Under the pieces are notes generated by a model. That model ran no database searches. It was not told where the DNA came from and saw nothing but the letters and a program-made list of their open reading frames with translations. From Myxococcales bacterium (lineage in GTDB: Bacteria; Myxococcota_A; Polyangia; Polyangiales; Polyangiaceae), in NCBI GenBank assembly GCA_043747615.1, contig JAYTOU010000074.1, positions 1 to 41,018 on the forward strand: DNA of 41,018 nt, given 5' to 3'. This document shows positions 26,061-36,574 of this stretch, piece after piece (positions within the stretch are counted from its first letter, which is position 1; each line of letters opens with the position of its first letter). The position numbers were made by a program, and so were the translations under genes.

Positions 26061-29000
26061 ATGCAGTGGCTAGCGCAGCTTTGCGTCAAGAGACCGGTCT
26101 TCGCGACGGTGCTCATGCTCATCATCGTCGTGTTCGGTGCCGTCGGGTACACGCGGCTCGGCATCGACCAGTTCCCCAACGTCGATCTTCCCTTCGTCAT
26201 CGTGACGACGCGCCTCGAAGGCGCAGCGCCGGACGAGGTCGAGACCGACATCACGGACAAGATCGAGGGCGCGGTCAACACGATCGATGGCATCGACGAG
26301 CTTCGCTCCACGTCGAGCGAGGGCTTCTCGCAGGTCGCGATCGCCTTCAAGCTCGAGCGCAGCGCCGACTCCGCTGCAAACGACGTTCGCGACAAGGTGA
26401 ACAATGTCCTGCGTGATCTCCCGAAGGGCATCGACGCCCCGATCGTCTCGAAGGTCGATCCCCAGGCCTCGCCCGTACTTCTCATTTCACTCCGCTCGTC
26501 GCTGCCCATTCGCGAGACCACGGAGGTCGCCGACAAGAGCGTCCGCCGGCAAATCGAGAGCATTTCGGGTGTCGGGCAAGTGCAGATCGTCGGCGGACGC
26601 CTTCGTCAGATCCACGTGTGGCTCAACCCAATGCTCCTGCGCGCCCAGAATCTGAGCGCGATCGACGTGCAGCGCGCTCTCGCCGCACAGAACCTCACCA
26701 CCCCCGGCGGCAGCATCGAAACGGGACCGCAAACGATCACTCTCCGGGTCGCAGGTCGCGTGCAGTCCGTGGAGGACATCGGCCGCATCGTCGTTCGCGA
26801 GGACCAGGGACACGTGGTGCGCATCGGGGACGTGGCACGCGTCGAGGACGGCCAAGAAGACGTCAAGAGTCTCGCGAGCTACGACGGCGAGCCCACGGTG
26901 GTCCTCTCCGTACGCAAACAATCGGGCACGAACACGGTCGCGGTCGTAGACCAGGTGTTGAAGCGCCTTGCCGAGGTGCGCCGCACGCTCCCGAAGGGCA
27001 TGCAGCTCGAAGTCGTGCGCGACAACTCGGCGCCGATCCGTACGGGTCTCGCAGCGCTGAAAGAGCACCTCGTCCTCGGCGCGCTCCTCGCGGCGATCGT
27101 CGTTCTCTTCTTCCTGGGTAACGCGCGGAGCACGCTCATCGCCGCGGTCTCGATCCCGATCTCGCTCATCGGCACCTTCGCCCTCATGTGGATGGCGGAC
27201 TTTTCGCTGAACATGATGACCCTGCTCGCGCTCGCTCTGGCGGTGGGTATCGTCATCGACGACGCCATCGTCGTGCTCGAAAATATCGTGCGCTTCGTGC
27301 AGGAAAAAGGGGTCAAGCCATTCCCCGCCGCGGTGCTGGCCACGCGTGAAATAGGCCTTCCCGTCCTCGCGACGACGCTCTCGCTCATGGCGGTCTTCGT
27401 GCCGGTGGCCTTCGTCGGCGGCATTCCCGGGCGCTTCCTCAAAAACTTCGGCTACACGATGGCCTTCGCCGTCGGCGTGTCGCTCTTCGTCAGCTTCTCG
27501 CTCACGCCCATGCTAAGTGCGCGCGCCCTGAAGGCCCCTGAGCACGGCGCCAAACCGCCCATCCTCTCGCGCATCGTCGACGTCTTTTACCGACCGATCG
27601 AACGCGTCTACATGCGGATGCTCACGTTCTCGATGAGCCATCGCTGGGTCGTCGTGGCGGCATGCGCGCTGGCCCTCGGCTCGTGCATTCCCATCAGCAA
27701 GCGCGTCCCCGGCGGGTTCCTTCCGGTCGACGATCAAGCGCAATTCGAGATGAGTGTGCGTACGCCCGAAGGCACGAGCGCCGAAGAGACGGGCCTCATC
27801 TCCGAGCGCGTCGCCCAGCAAGCTCGCAAGCTCCCGGGCGTCGCCCACACGGTGGTCACGGTCGCCGGTGGCGATCAGCGGGTCGGGAATCTGGCGAGCG
27901 TCTACGTGGCCCTCATCGATCCGCGCGAACGCACGATCACCCAGCAGGAGATCATGGAGCGCGCACGCAAGGAAATCCTGGCGAAGCTTCCGCCGGATCT
28001 CCGAACGAGCGTCGGTGAGGTTGCTGCGTTCTCGACCGGGGCTTCCACAGCGAACGTTCAGTACGTGCTTGCTGGACCGGAGCTGGAGAAGCTGCAGGGG
28101 TTTGCCGCGCAGATGGAGACAGAGATCCGAAAAGATCCGTCCGTAGTCGACTTCGACACCAACCTCGTCGTCGGCAAGCCCGAGCTCGGCGTCACCATCC
28201 AGCGCGATCGCGCTTCCGACGTCGGCGTGAGCGTGTCCGACATCGCCGATACGCTGCTCACCCAAGTCGGCGGCGTGAAAGCCTCGACGTACTCGGAGCA
28301 AGGCGAGGAGTACGACATTCGCGTGCGTGCAGACGAGGTCTACCGCAAGAGCGCCGCGTCACTCGGCCTCTTTACCGTGCCTTCCAGGAAGTACGGTTCG
28401 GTGCCGCTGACCTCCGTCGTCACGACTCACGAAGGCACGGGCTTCTCCCAGATCAACCGCCTCGGCCGCCAGCGGCAGGTCACGTTCATGGCCAACGTCG
28501 CGCCAGGCAAAGGGGAGACGGACGTGGTCGGTGCGATGAAGAAGGCGTTCGAATCGCTGCATGCGCCGGCGGCTTACCGCTTCGTGCCAACGGGAAGGTC
28601 GAAGACGTCGTCGGAGCTTGCGATGGGCTTCCTCCTGGCCTTCAGCCTCTCGTTCATCTTCATGTATTTGATCCTCGCGGCGCAGTTCGAGTCGTGGCTC
28701 TACCCGCTGATCATCCTGCTCTCTTTGCCGCTTACCGTGCCGTTCGCGCTTCTGTCTCTTTTGATCTTCCATCAGGGGCTCAACCTGATGTCTGCGCTCG
28801 GCATCCTCGTGCTGTTCGGCGTCGTGAAGAAGAACGGTATCTTGCAGATCGACCACACGAACAACCTGCGTAAGGAGGGGAAGCCGCGACTCGAGGCCAT
28901 CCTCGAAGCAAACCGCGATCGTCTGCGGCCGATCCTCATGACCACCGTCGCGTTCGTTGCGGGCATGTTGCCGCTCGCGTTTTCGGGCGGGATTGGGTCG

Positions 29001-29204
29001 GGCAACAACCGCAATATCTCCGGCATCGTCATCGGCGGGCAGACGCTCTCGCTCCTCCTCACGCTCCTTGCGATCCCGGTCGCCTACTCGCTCTTCGACG
29101 ACCTCGGTCTGTGGCTGAAGAGCCTCGGCAAGAAGAAGGTCGTCGTCGATCGCGGCGAGGCCGAGCTCGACGCTCTTCTTGGTGCCGAACGCCCACTCAG
29201 CTGA
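26061..29204 (+). CDS. RND efflux permease (AcrB/HAE1-like)
   Basis: 1047 aa; RPVFA, GIVIDDAIVVLENI, VKKNGIL, RLRPILMTT proton-relay motifs. Confidence 0.95.
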   Translation: MQWLAQLCVKRPVFATVLMLIIVVFGAVGYTRLGIDQFPNVDLPFVIVTTRLEGAAPDEVETDITDKIEGAVNTIDGIDELRSTSSEGFSQVAIAFKLERSADSAANDVRDKVNNVLRDLPKGIDAPIVSKVDPQASPVLLISLRSSLPIRETTEVADKSVRRQIESISGVGQVQIVGGRLRQIHVWLNPMLLRAQNLSAIDVQRALAAQNLTTPGGSIETGPQTITLRVAGRVQSVEDIGRIVVREDQGHVVRIGDVARVEDGQEDVKSLASYDGEPTVVLSVRKQSGTNTVAVVDQVLKRLAEVRRTLPKGMQLEVVRDNSAPIRTGLAALKEHLVLGALLAAIVVLFFLGNARSTLIAAVSIPISLIGTFALMWMADFSLNMMTLLALALAVGIVIDDAIVVLENIVRFVQEKGVKPFPAAVLATREIGLPVLATTLSLMAVFVPVAFVGGIPGRFLKNFGYTMAFAVGVSLFVSFSLTPMLSARALKAPEHGAKPPILSRIVDVFYRPIERVYMRMLTFSMSHRWVVVAACALALGSCIPISKRVPGGFLPVDDQAQFEMSVRTPEGTSAEETGLISERVAQQARKLPGVAHTVVTVAGGDQRVGNLASVYVALIDPRERTITQQEIMERARKEILAKLPPDLRTSVGEVAAFSTGASTANVQYVLAGPELEKLQGFAAQMETEIRKDPSVVDFDTNLVVGKPELGVTIQRDRASDVGVSVSDIADTLLTQVGGVKASTYSEQGEEYDIRVRADEVYRKSAASLGLFTVPSRKYGSVPLTSVVTTHEGTGFSQINRLGRQRQVTFMANVAPGKGETDVVGAMKKAFESLHAPAAYRFVPTGRSKTSSELAMGFLLAFSLSFIFMYLILAAQFESWLYPLIILLSLPLTVPFALLSLLIFHQGLNLMSALGILVLFGVVKKNGILQIDHTNNLRKEGKPRLEAILEANRDRLRPILMTTVAFVAGMLPLAFSGGIGSGNNRNISGIVIGGQTLSLLLTLLAIPVAYSLFDDLGLWLKSLGKKKVVVDRGEAELDALLGAERPLS

Positions 29205-29216
29205 GCGAGTGCGCGT

Positions 29217-31283
29217 TCACCGTACTTGTGGCAAGCCGCCGGGCGCGGGCGCGGTAGGCAACGCCCCGAGAGGCTCGGGCTCGTAGTCACCGAAGCCGGC
29301 GCCGCCTCCGACGGAAGACGTATTCGGCACGTAGAGGACGACGGGGTCGCCTTCTTTGTAGGCTTCTTTGGCGCCGCGGCGATTGATGCGCTCCATCGAC
29401 GCGGTCGAGACGCCGTAGCGACGGCCGAGAAGCTCGAGGGTGTCGCCTGCTTTGGCGCTGACCGTCACGCGCTTGCGGCCCTTCTGCGCTTCCCAGTACG
29501 TGAAAAAATCATCGGTACCGGCGGAGATGGTGCGAACGTCGTTTTCGCCGACGACCACGACCTTGGAGAGATCGGCATCGGTGGGCACGAAGAGCTGGAT
29601 GGTCATGCCCTCCTGGAGCCGGCCGCTCGGATCGATCTCGTTCCAACGGCGGAGGTCATCGACCGACACATGGAACTGCGAAGAGACGTCGCGGAGCGTG
29701 TCGCCGACGACGACTCGGTAGAAGACGCGCTTGCGATCGGGGTAGACGAAAATGTCGGCCGGAACGACGACCACTGGCTTCGCCGGCACGTCGAGCGACG
29801 CGACGCTCGTGGCGCTCGTGCCCTTCGGAAGGGGAAGCAGGAGCACGGTTCCTCCGCGCACGACTTCGCCTTGGGTGATGCCGTTCACTTCGATCAAGCG
29901 AGAGACGGAGACGCCGCGCGCCGTTGCGATCTGCTCGAGCGACTCACCGAAGCGCACTACGTACTTTTCGAGAGGTGGCTGATCACGCTTCAATTTGGCT
30001 AGATTCTGAGTCGCCAGAGCACCTTTGCCGATCGGCACCCGAACCGGATATCCCGCGCCGGCGGACTCCGCGTCGAGCGGCGGCGTGCGCGATGCGCGGA
30101 GCTCGATGTTCAACTGCTCCACCTCTTTCGTGGAGCACTGGGCCGCGCTGGCGACGGACGCGAGCGAGGTGCCGCCGGGAACGTTGATCTCTTCGCCCTC
30201 CAAGGGCGATTCCGCGGTGAGGTCTGCGTACCCGAAGATCGCCAGGTTGCGGGCTACGATCGAGGCGGCGATGATCTTCGGAACGTAGAGGGTCGTCTCC
30301 CACGGGAGCGCACCTTCCAGGCGAGAGAGCGCCCAAAAATCATTCGTATTGTAACGGCGGACGACGCTGAGCACGCCCGCGTAGCCCATGTTGTACGCGG
30401 CGATGGCGAGCTCCCAGCTTCCGAACCGGCGATGCAAATCAGCGAGGAATTCCGTGGCCGCTTCGGTGGCGGCCATCGCGTTGAGGCGGTGATCGGCCCA
30501 GCGATCTTGCATGAGCCCATACTGACGACCGGTCTCCGGCATGAACTGCCACAAGCCGCAGGCCCCGACGGGAGAGCGCGCACCGGCGTCGAAGCCACTC
30601 TCGATCATTGCGAGCCACAAGAGGTCCTCGGGTACGCCCTTCCTGCGCAGCACCTTGCGAATCGCCTCGCGGTAGCGCCCCGATCGTTTCAGCCAGATCG
30701 TGAGAAGCGTGCGCCCGCGCGGATCGTCTTTGAAAAATTCGAGGTAGCGAACCAGACGCGGCTCCCAGCGAACGGGGAGCTCGGGAAGCTGGAGGTGCGC
30801 CATCCACGACAGATCTTTTCCGCCTTCCGCCGCAGGTGGGGTGCTCGGGACGGGTGCCGGCGGAAGTCCGGAGGCGTGCACGTGCGGAGTCTCTCCCGTT
30901 GCGCTGAGCGGCGACGGAAGCTCGTTCGGCCACATCGCAAACATGGCTGGCGCCGCAGGGGGAAAGAGCTCGCGCTCGGCCTCATGCAGCGCGCGAAGCT
31001 CGGCGCTCTCCGCTCCGAGGGCGACATCATCGGTGGTCGAACCGCCGGCCACCTGGCGGCGCACGCTTGAGTCCGCGACTCGGTTCGGCCTCGACGACGA
31101 GGTCGCGGGCGGCGACTTCAAAGTCCCCTTTGCCGGGGGGCCCGCAGGCCGCTTCACTGGCGCAGGCGGCGCGATCGTTTTCTTGGGAGCGACCGGAGGA
31201 TCCCCCGCATGTGCACTCTGCACGCTCCACGCGATGGCCAGGACCAGGGCCGCCCGCAAGAACTGTGTGCCTCTGCGGTGCAT
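29217..31283 (-). CDS. MltD-like lytic transglycosylase with multiple LysM domains
   Basis: AMIES, GLWQFMPETG, AAYNMG, ETTLYVPK; LysM-like repeats (YVVRFGESL, YRVVVGDTL, AKAGDTL). Confidence 0.88.
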   Translation of the reverse strand: MHRRGTQFLRAALVLAIAWSVQSAHAGDPPVAPKKTIAPPAPVKRPAGPPAKGTLKSPPATSSSRPNRVADSSVRRQVAGGSTTDDVALGAESAELRALHEAERELFPPAAPAMFAMWPNELPSPLSATGETPHVHASGLPPAPVPSTPPAAEGGKDLSWMAHLQLPELPVRWEPRLVRYLEFFKDDPRGRTLLTIWLKRSGRYREAIRKVLRRKGVPEDLLWLAMIESGFDAGARSPVGACGLWQFMPETGRQYGLMQDRWADHRLNAMAATEAATEFLADLHRRFGSWELAIAAYNMGYAGVLSVVRRYNTNDFWALSRLEGALPWETTLYVPKIIAASIVARNLAIFGYADLTAESPLEGEEINVPGGTSLASVASAAQCSTKEVEQLNIELRASRTPPLDAESAGAGYPVRVPIGKGALATQNLAKLKRDQPPLEKYVVRFGESLEQIATARGVSVSRLIEVNGITQGEVVRGGTVLLLPLPKGTSATSVASLDVPAKPVVVVPADIFVYPDRKRVFYRVVVGDTLRDVSSQFHVSVDDLRRWNEIDPSGRLQEGMTIQLFVPTDADLSKVVVVGENDVRTISAGTDDFFTYWEAQKGRKRVTVSAKAGDTLELLGRRYGVSTASMERINRRGAKEAYKEGDPVVLYVPNTSSVGGGAGFGDYEPEPLGALPTAPAPGGLPQVR

Positions 31284-31333
31284 CTTTTAAAGAAGTCGCA
31301 CTTCATGCGACAGGGGTCAAATTAGACGGGAAC

Positions 31334-32905
31334 TTAGCGCCTAATCTTGACCTGCTTCGGGGGTTTAGCCTGGGCGAGGGTCGGGGCGTGAGCGCCTGGA
31401 GCATCGGCGAGCTTCAGATCGGATGGAAGCGTGCTTCCGAGGGCCGCTGCGGCCGATGCATCATGAGCGCTCGTGTCGCTTCCTTCGCCGTCGTCCTCAC
31501 TCTCGGTCGGGAGTGGCGGAAGAAGTGCGACGTCGAAGCCCGGCGGCACTTCGTAGATCTCGGTCGTGGGTGGATAGAAATCCTTCGTCGTCTCGAGGCG
31601 CTTGTGGCCGTCGCGGAAGACGATTTCACGGGTTCGCGTTACGCGGAAACCCCTTATTCCATGCTGTTTTACGAGGACGTGCTTTCCGTGGAGCTTGGAC
31701 TCTTCCACGATCTTGCGCGGGTAGGGAACGCTCTTCGTGAGCTCGCGCTGGAACTCGACACTGCGCGGCTTGCTCTTCCCGAGGAGCTCCATGTGAAGGC
31801 GATTGCCGTCGACCGTGGCGTGAACGATGACCGGGAATGGATGCGGATTTCGCAGCTTCATGTCTACCGCCGGATAGACCACGGTCGCATCGAGACCCAT
31901 CGGAATGTAAGCGCTCGGGCGCGAGTGCGGTAGGCGCTCGAGGATGTCGAGCCCACCGAAAAAAGAGATCGCGTGCATGGTGGAGGCGACCTGACACGTG
32001 CCGCCGCCGACCCCTTCGATCATCTCGCCCTTGAAAATCTCCCAGCTCTTTTGGAAGCCATTCTCCTGGCTGCGCTCGCCCACTACCTGATTGAACGAGA
32101 TGAGCTCGCCCGGAGAGAGGACGAGGCCGTCCAGCTTCGAGGCTCCGATCTCGATGTTGCGGGCGCGGCGGGCCTGGTCCCCCGAGCGGGAAAAATAGGT
32201 ATCGAACGAGCTGAGGACGGTGTGGATGTCGATCGCTTTGACGAAGTCGCTGGTGATGCGCGGACGAAAGTTGGACACCGAAAGCTCGATCTGGGCAGCA
32301 GCGCCGGAGGGATCACGTGGAGCACTCGCCACCTCCGCGATGCGGGCGATCACTGCGTCGGCGTCGATGTAACGGCCGTCGCGCTCGGGCGTGATGGTGT
32401 GGTGATCGAGGTCGAGTCGCGCAGAGGTGGGGCTCGTATCCTCTGCTTCTTTGACGGTCTCGAGCGCAGTGAGCGCCACCCGCGAATCGATCACCGGAGA
32501 GAGAGGAACGTCGAGCCGGCCTTGGCTCGCGCGGCGTGCAAGCTCGACGCGGCCGAGGAGATCTTCGGTGTGCCCCACACGCTGCGCCAGCTCGAGAATC
32601 TGGCCGACGTCGACCATGACTCCCAGCTCACCCAGGGAAAGCTCGAACGTCTTCGGCTTGTCGCCCGGAAAGACGAGCGTGATCCGTCGAGCCTGGAGCG
32701 CCTCTGTTCGCGCGACGACGAACGCGCGAAGCTCTCCATCAGGCACGGCTCCATCGATCGTGAGACCCGGCAGCACAGGACCCGGCGGCAATAACCGCGT
32801 CCGCAGCGGAAAATAAGCGCCTCCCACGAGCAGCGCCGTGGCTGCGAGCAAGACGAAGCGGGTGGCAGACGGCGGCGTCACTTTTTCCGGTATTGAATTT
32901 AGCAC
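31334..32905 (-). CDS. VanW/YoaR-family protein with N-terminal anchor and peptidoglycan-binding region
   Basis: RARNI, SFNQVVGER, GVGGGTCQVASTM, ERLPHS..YIPMGLDATV, DMKLRN; start uncertain. Confidence 0.87.
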   Translation of the reverse strand: MLNSIPEKVTPPSATRFVLLAATALLVGGAYFPLRTRLLPPGPVLPGLTIDGAVPDGELRAFVVARTEALQARRITLVFPGDKPKTFELSLGELGVMVDVGQILELAQRVGHTEDLLGRVELARRASQGRLDVPLSPVIDSRVALTALETVKEAEDTSPTSARLDLDHHTITPERDGRYIDADAVIARIAEVASAPRDPSGAAAQIELSVSNFRPRITSDFVKAIDIHTVLSSFDTYFSRSGDQARRARNIEIGASKLDGLVLSPGELISFNQVVGERSQENGFQKSWEIFKGEMIEGVGGGTCQVASTMHAISFFGGLDILERLPHSRPSAYIPMGLDATVVYPAVDMKLRNPHPFPVIVHATVDGNRLHMELLGKSKPRSVEFQRELTKSVPYPRKIVEESKLHGKHVLVKQHGIRGFRVTRTREIVFRDGHKRLETTKDFYPPTTEIYEVPPGFDVALLPPLPTESEDDGEGSDTSAHDASAAAALGSTLPSDLKLADAPGAHAPTLAQAKPPKQVKIRR

Positions 32906-32939
32906 ATCACACAGTCTTCCGAAGGTCGTCTACTCTCGA

Positions 32940-34685
32940 ATGGGCTACGCGATGAAGACCTGCCCTAAATGCAAGCTGACCTATCCGCTCGATAGGGCGT
33001 TCTGCTTCGTCGATGGGATGGATCTCGTGAACGTGGTGGACGCTCGCATCGGCACCACGCTCGGCGGTCGCTACCTGCTCGAGCACATTCTCGGCGAGGG
33101 GGGCATGGCCACCGTCTATGCCGCGCGCCACACGCTCGTCGATCGCACCTGCGCCATTAAGGTGATGAGCCCGCTCCTCGCGCGCGACGTCGTGGTGCGC
33201 GAACGGTTCCGGCGCGAAGCGAAGAGCGCGCAGCGTCTGACTCACCCAAACGTGATCGAGATCTACGATCACGGCGAGACGCCCGACGGAACGTCCTTCA
33301 TCGTGATGGAAAAGCTGGACGGTCTTTCGCTGGGCGGGATCATTTCCCAGGGTCCAATCGCCATCGGCCGCGCGCTCCAGATCATGATCCAGATCTGCCG
33401 GGGGATCGCCCGCGCCCACGATCTCGACGTCATTCACCGAGATCTCAAGCCGGAAAATATTTTTATCACCTGGCGCGAAGACCGGAGCGATCTGGTCAAG
33501 CTCCTCGACTTCGGGATCGCGCGCTCTCTCCACGACTCCCGCCTCACCGGACAAGGCGAGCTCTTCGGGACGCCGCAGTACATGGCGCCCGAGCGGATCA
33601 CGAACACGGATGCGGGGCCATCGGCCGATCTCTACGCCCTCGGAATTATTTTTTTCGAGATGGTGACCGGCGAGCTTCCCTTCCAGTCGGCGGACATCGC
33701 GAGTTTCTTCGTGAAGCATTTGAAAGACCCGCCGGCGCGGGCGCGGAGCGTGAATCCGGCCGTTCCGGAGGAGCTCGAAGAGCTTATTTTGCGCCTTCTG
33801 GCCAAGGACCCGAAGAACCGCCCGGTGGACGCCCATCGCGTGCAGGCCGATCTGGTGGCCCTCGCCCGAAAGCTCCGCGTGCCCATCCCTCGCGATCCGC
33901 TGATCGATCCGGTACCGAGCGCTCGGCCCGAGCCAAGCACCGTGCGCGCCGAGGAGTCCAGTCGCTGGAGCCACCGTACGGCGGTGTTCGAGCGCATGCT
34001 CGCTCGGGCGTTCGCAGGGAAGCCGCCGCCGGATCAAGCAAAGGTGCTCGACCAGCTGAAGCTCCTGGTGAAAAAAATCAGCGACCTCCGCGATGCGAGC
34101 GTGGCCGAACAGACGAAGCTCGAGCAGATCGGCGAGCGCGGGCGCGACGGACGTCAGCGATTCGGTTTCGCGGTCGACGCTCTGGGTGTCGACGCTTCGC
34201 GGGCGAAGGAGGAAGCGCGGATGGCGGTCGAGGCGCACACGACGGCTGGACTCGCGAGCGCCCTCGCGGCTGCGCAATTTCTCGCGGTGCACAAGGAGGT
34301 CTCCCGCTGGGAAGGCCGCTCCGGGTTTCGCGAACCATATTCCGATCTGGCGAGCGCGTACCGCGACGCCGCGGATCAAGTCGACGTATGGCTCGTCGCG
34401 TGCGAAGAAGACCGGGGTGCGACATCCGCGATGGATGTGGCGAGCCGTGCCGTGAGCGACATCGAATTTCAAATTCGTGAGCTACGCGCGGCCCTCGGCG
34501 AGCACGAGCGAGAAATCGAAAGCGAGCGGGACGAACGCGAAAAAGCGATCACCGAGAAAACCGCCGAGGCAGGCGCGCTCGAGGCCGAGCTCCTCGCACT
34601 TTCCAAGCGGTTTGCCGAGCCGCTGCGCAAACGACCCGAGCTTGGCGCACTATTCAAAGAGCTGGACGGTGACGCCGCGGCATGA
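32940..34685 (+). CDS. Cytoplasmic Ser/Thr kinase with N-terminal Cys knuckle and C-terminal coiled coil
   Basis: CPKC..FCFVDG; GEGGMATVY, HRDLKPEN, DFG, GTPQYMAPE; Glu/Ala/Arg-rich helical tail; start ATG 32940 or 32952. Confidence 0.9.
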   Translation: MGYAMKTCPKCKLTYPLDRAFCFVDGMDLVNVVDARIGTTLGGRYLLEHILGEGGMATVYAARHTLVDRTCAIKVMSPLLARDVVVRERFRREAKSAQRLTHPNVIEIYDHGETPDGTSFIVMEKLDGLSLGGIISQGPIAIGRALQIMIQICRGIARAHDLDVIHRDLKPENIFITWREDRSDLVKLLDFGIARSLHDSRLTGQGELFGTPQYMAPERITNTDAGPSADLYALGIIFFEMVTGELPFQSADIASFFVKHLKDPPARARSVNPAVPEELEELILRLLAKDPKNRPVDAHRVQADLVALARKLRVPIPRDPLIDPVPSARPEPSTVRAEESSRWSHRTAVFERMLARAFAGKPPPDQAKVLDQLKLLVKKISDLRDASVAEQTKLEQIGERGRDGRQRFGFAVDALGVDASRAKEEARMAVEAHTTAGLASALAAAQFLAVHKEVSRWEGRSGFREPYSDLASAYRDAADQVDVWLVACEEDRGATSAMDVASRAVSDIEFQIRELRAALGEHEREIESERDEREKAITEKTAEAGALEAELLALSKRFAEPLRKRPELGALFKELDGDAAA

Positions 34686-34762
34686 AAAAAAGTTCGGCGC
34701 CGCTGAGCGATCTTGCTAAATTGAGGGTGCATTCAGGTTGAATCGTCGAGGGGGGAAAGATC

Positions 34763-35188
34763 ATGGCCGAGAACAAGCCGATCACGAGTTATTCGTTGAT
34801 CGATCAAGAGATCCCGTCACAGGCGGAGGAGCGCCGCGCAGCGCCTCGAACGCACCTCGAGGTGGACCTGACGATCACGTGCGAGGGGCATGAGTTCCAG
34901 GGAATGACGCACAACCTTTCCCGCACTGGAATCTTCGTCTCCACGTACCGCTTGCTCCCGTTGGGCGCTGTTGTGCGCCTCAAGCTCGCTCTCCCGAACG
35001 GCGGCGTGATCGCGACGGGAATCGTCGCTCGCGTGCGCAGCTCTTCGGACGGAGTCACGGCAGGAATGGGCGTCGCTTTCGATAAGCTCGACGAGCTCGA
35101 TCGCGGTCTCATCGAAGACTACTGCGTCGGCGGGCAGGTGCGGCGCACCTCGGACATTCGCATCAGTAGCCCCCGCAGTAGTCGCTGA
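34763..35188 (+). CDS. Standalone PilZ-domain protein
   Basis: ERRAAPR (RxxxR) and NLSRTG (D/NxSxxG); GMGVAF. Confidence 0.85.
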   Translation: MAENKPITSYSLIDQEIPSQAEERRAAPRTHLEVDLTITCEGHEFQGMTHNLSRTGIFVSTYRLLPLGAVVRLKLALPNGGVIATGIVARVRSSSDGVTAGMGVAFDKLDELDRGLIEDYCVGGQVRRTSDIRISSPRSSR

Positions 35189-35227
35189 CCCACCTTCGCG
35201 TCCCGTCATGGTAGCCTTATCGCTCCC

Positions 35228-36574
35228 ATGAGCGCGCCCGATCTCGTGATCCGTGGCCGGCGGGTCGTCCTGCCCGATGGCGTCCGACCCGCGTCCGTGC
35301 ACGTCACGAAAGGCCGCATTTCCTCGGTGGAACGCTACGAAGACGTTCCACCCGGTTGCTCGATCGACGACGCGGGAGACCTCGTCCTCATGCCTGGGAT
35401 CGTCGACACGCACGTGCACGTGAACGATCCAGGCCGAGCCGATTGGGAAGGCTTCGACACCGCGACGCGCGCAGCAGCGGCGGGCGGCGTCACCACCTTG
35501 ATGGACATGCCGCTGAACAGCATCCCCCCGACGACCACGATGGCGGGGCTCCTGGCCAAAGCGGCGTCTGCCGAGAATCGAGTGTGGGTCGACGTCGGGC
35601 TATGCGGCGGCGTCGTCCCGGGAAACGTGAGCGAGCTCCGCGGACTTTTCCAAGCGGGCGCGCTGGCGTTCAAATGTTTTCTCGCCGAGTCGGGAGTCGA
35701 CGAATTTCCGCACGTCACGGAGCCCGACCTCGAGCCGGCGATGCGCGTGCTCGCCGACATCGGAGCGCCACTCCTCGTGCACGCGGAATTGCCTCCATTT
35801 CCCGATGCGCCGGGCATGTCGCGCCACTATGCCGCCTACCTCGCGTCGCGACCGAGGACCAGGGAGGACGCTGCAGTCGAGCTCCTCACGCGCCTTTCGG
35901 CGAGCACTGGCGCGCGCACGCATGTGGTGCATCTCTCGTCGGCCGATGCCCTTACCTTCGTCCGTCGCGCGCGGGAGGCAGGAACGCCCTTCAGCGCAGA
36001 GACCTGCCCGCATTACTTGCACTTTACATCCGAAAATATCGCGGATGGAGCGACGGCCTTCAAATGTGCACCGCCCATTCGCGAAGCAGAGAACCGCGAG
36101 CGTCTGTGGGCGGCTCTCGGCGAGGGGCTCATCGATCAGATCGTCACCGATCACTCGCCATCCTCGCCTACCCTGAAGTGCGTGGGCTCCGGCGACTTCA
36201 TGGCCGCGTGGGGAGGCATCTCTTCTCTCCAGCTCGGGCTGCCGGTCATCTGGAGCGAGGCCCGCGCGCGCGGAAAGCGAGTGGAGGACGTAGCGCAGTG
36301 GATGTGCGCGGCGCCGGCAAGGCTAGTCGGGCTCGAGAGAGTCAAAGGGACCGTTGCTCCCGGCGCGGATGCCGATCTCATCTTTTGGGATCCCGAGGCA
36401 GTGTTTCGCGTCGATGCGCACGCTCTCGAGCATCGTCACAAGCTCACTCCATACGACGGTCAGGCCCTCTACGGTGTCGTCCGTTCCACGTATCTTCGCG
36501 GGACGAAAATCTTCGAACATGGAAAATTCGTGGGCGCGCCGCGTGGGCGATGGCTCAAACGAGGCGATCGATGA
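35228..36574 (+). CDS. allB: Allantoinase
   Basis: PGIVDTHVHVNDPGR, GGVTTLMDMPLNSIP, FKCF, HAE, ETCPHYL, FKCAPPIR, TDHSP, AWGGISSLQ. Confidence 0.93.
   Translation: MSAPDLVIRGRRVVLPDGVRPASVHVTKGRISSVERYEDVPPGCSIDDAGDLVLMPGIVDTHVHVNDPGRADWEGFDTATRAAAAGGVTTLMDMPLNSIPPTTTMAGLLAKAASAENRVWVDVGLCGGVVPGNVSELRGLFQAGALAFKCFLAESGVDEFPHVTEPDLEPAMRVLADIGAPLLVHAELPPFPDAPGMSRHYAAYLASRPRTREDAAVELLTRLSASTGARTHVVHLSSADALTFVRRAREAGTPFSAETCPHYLHFTSENIADGATAFKCAPPIREAENRERLWAALGEGLIDQIVTDHSPSSPTLKCVGSGDFMAAWGGISSLQLGLPVIWSEARARGKRVEDVAQWMCAAPARLVGLERVKGTVAPGADADLIFWDPEAVFRVDAHALEHRHKLTPYDGQALYGVVRSTYLRGTKIFEHGKFVGAPRGRWLKRGDR

Noticed and set aside
32907..34472. 521-aa minus-strand ORF
   Set aside because: Antisense shadow of the kinase gene
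35356..36570. N-terminal extension making a 909-aa ORF
   Set aside because: Arg-rich off-frame reading of allB; the real alc-uraD gene starts at ATG 36571
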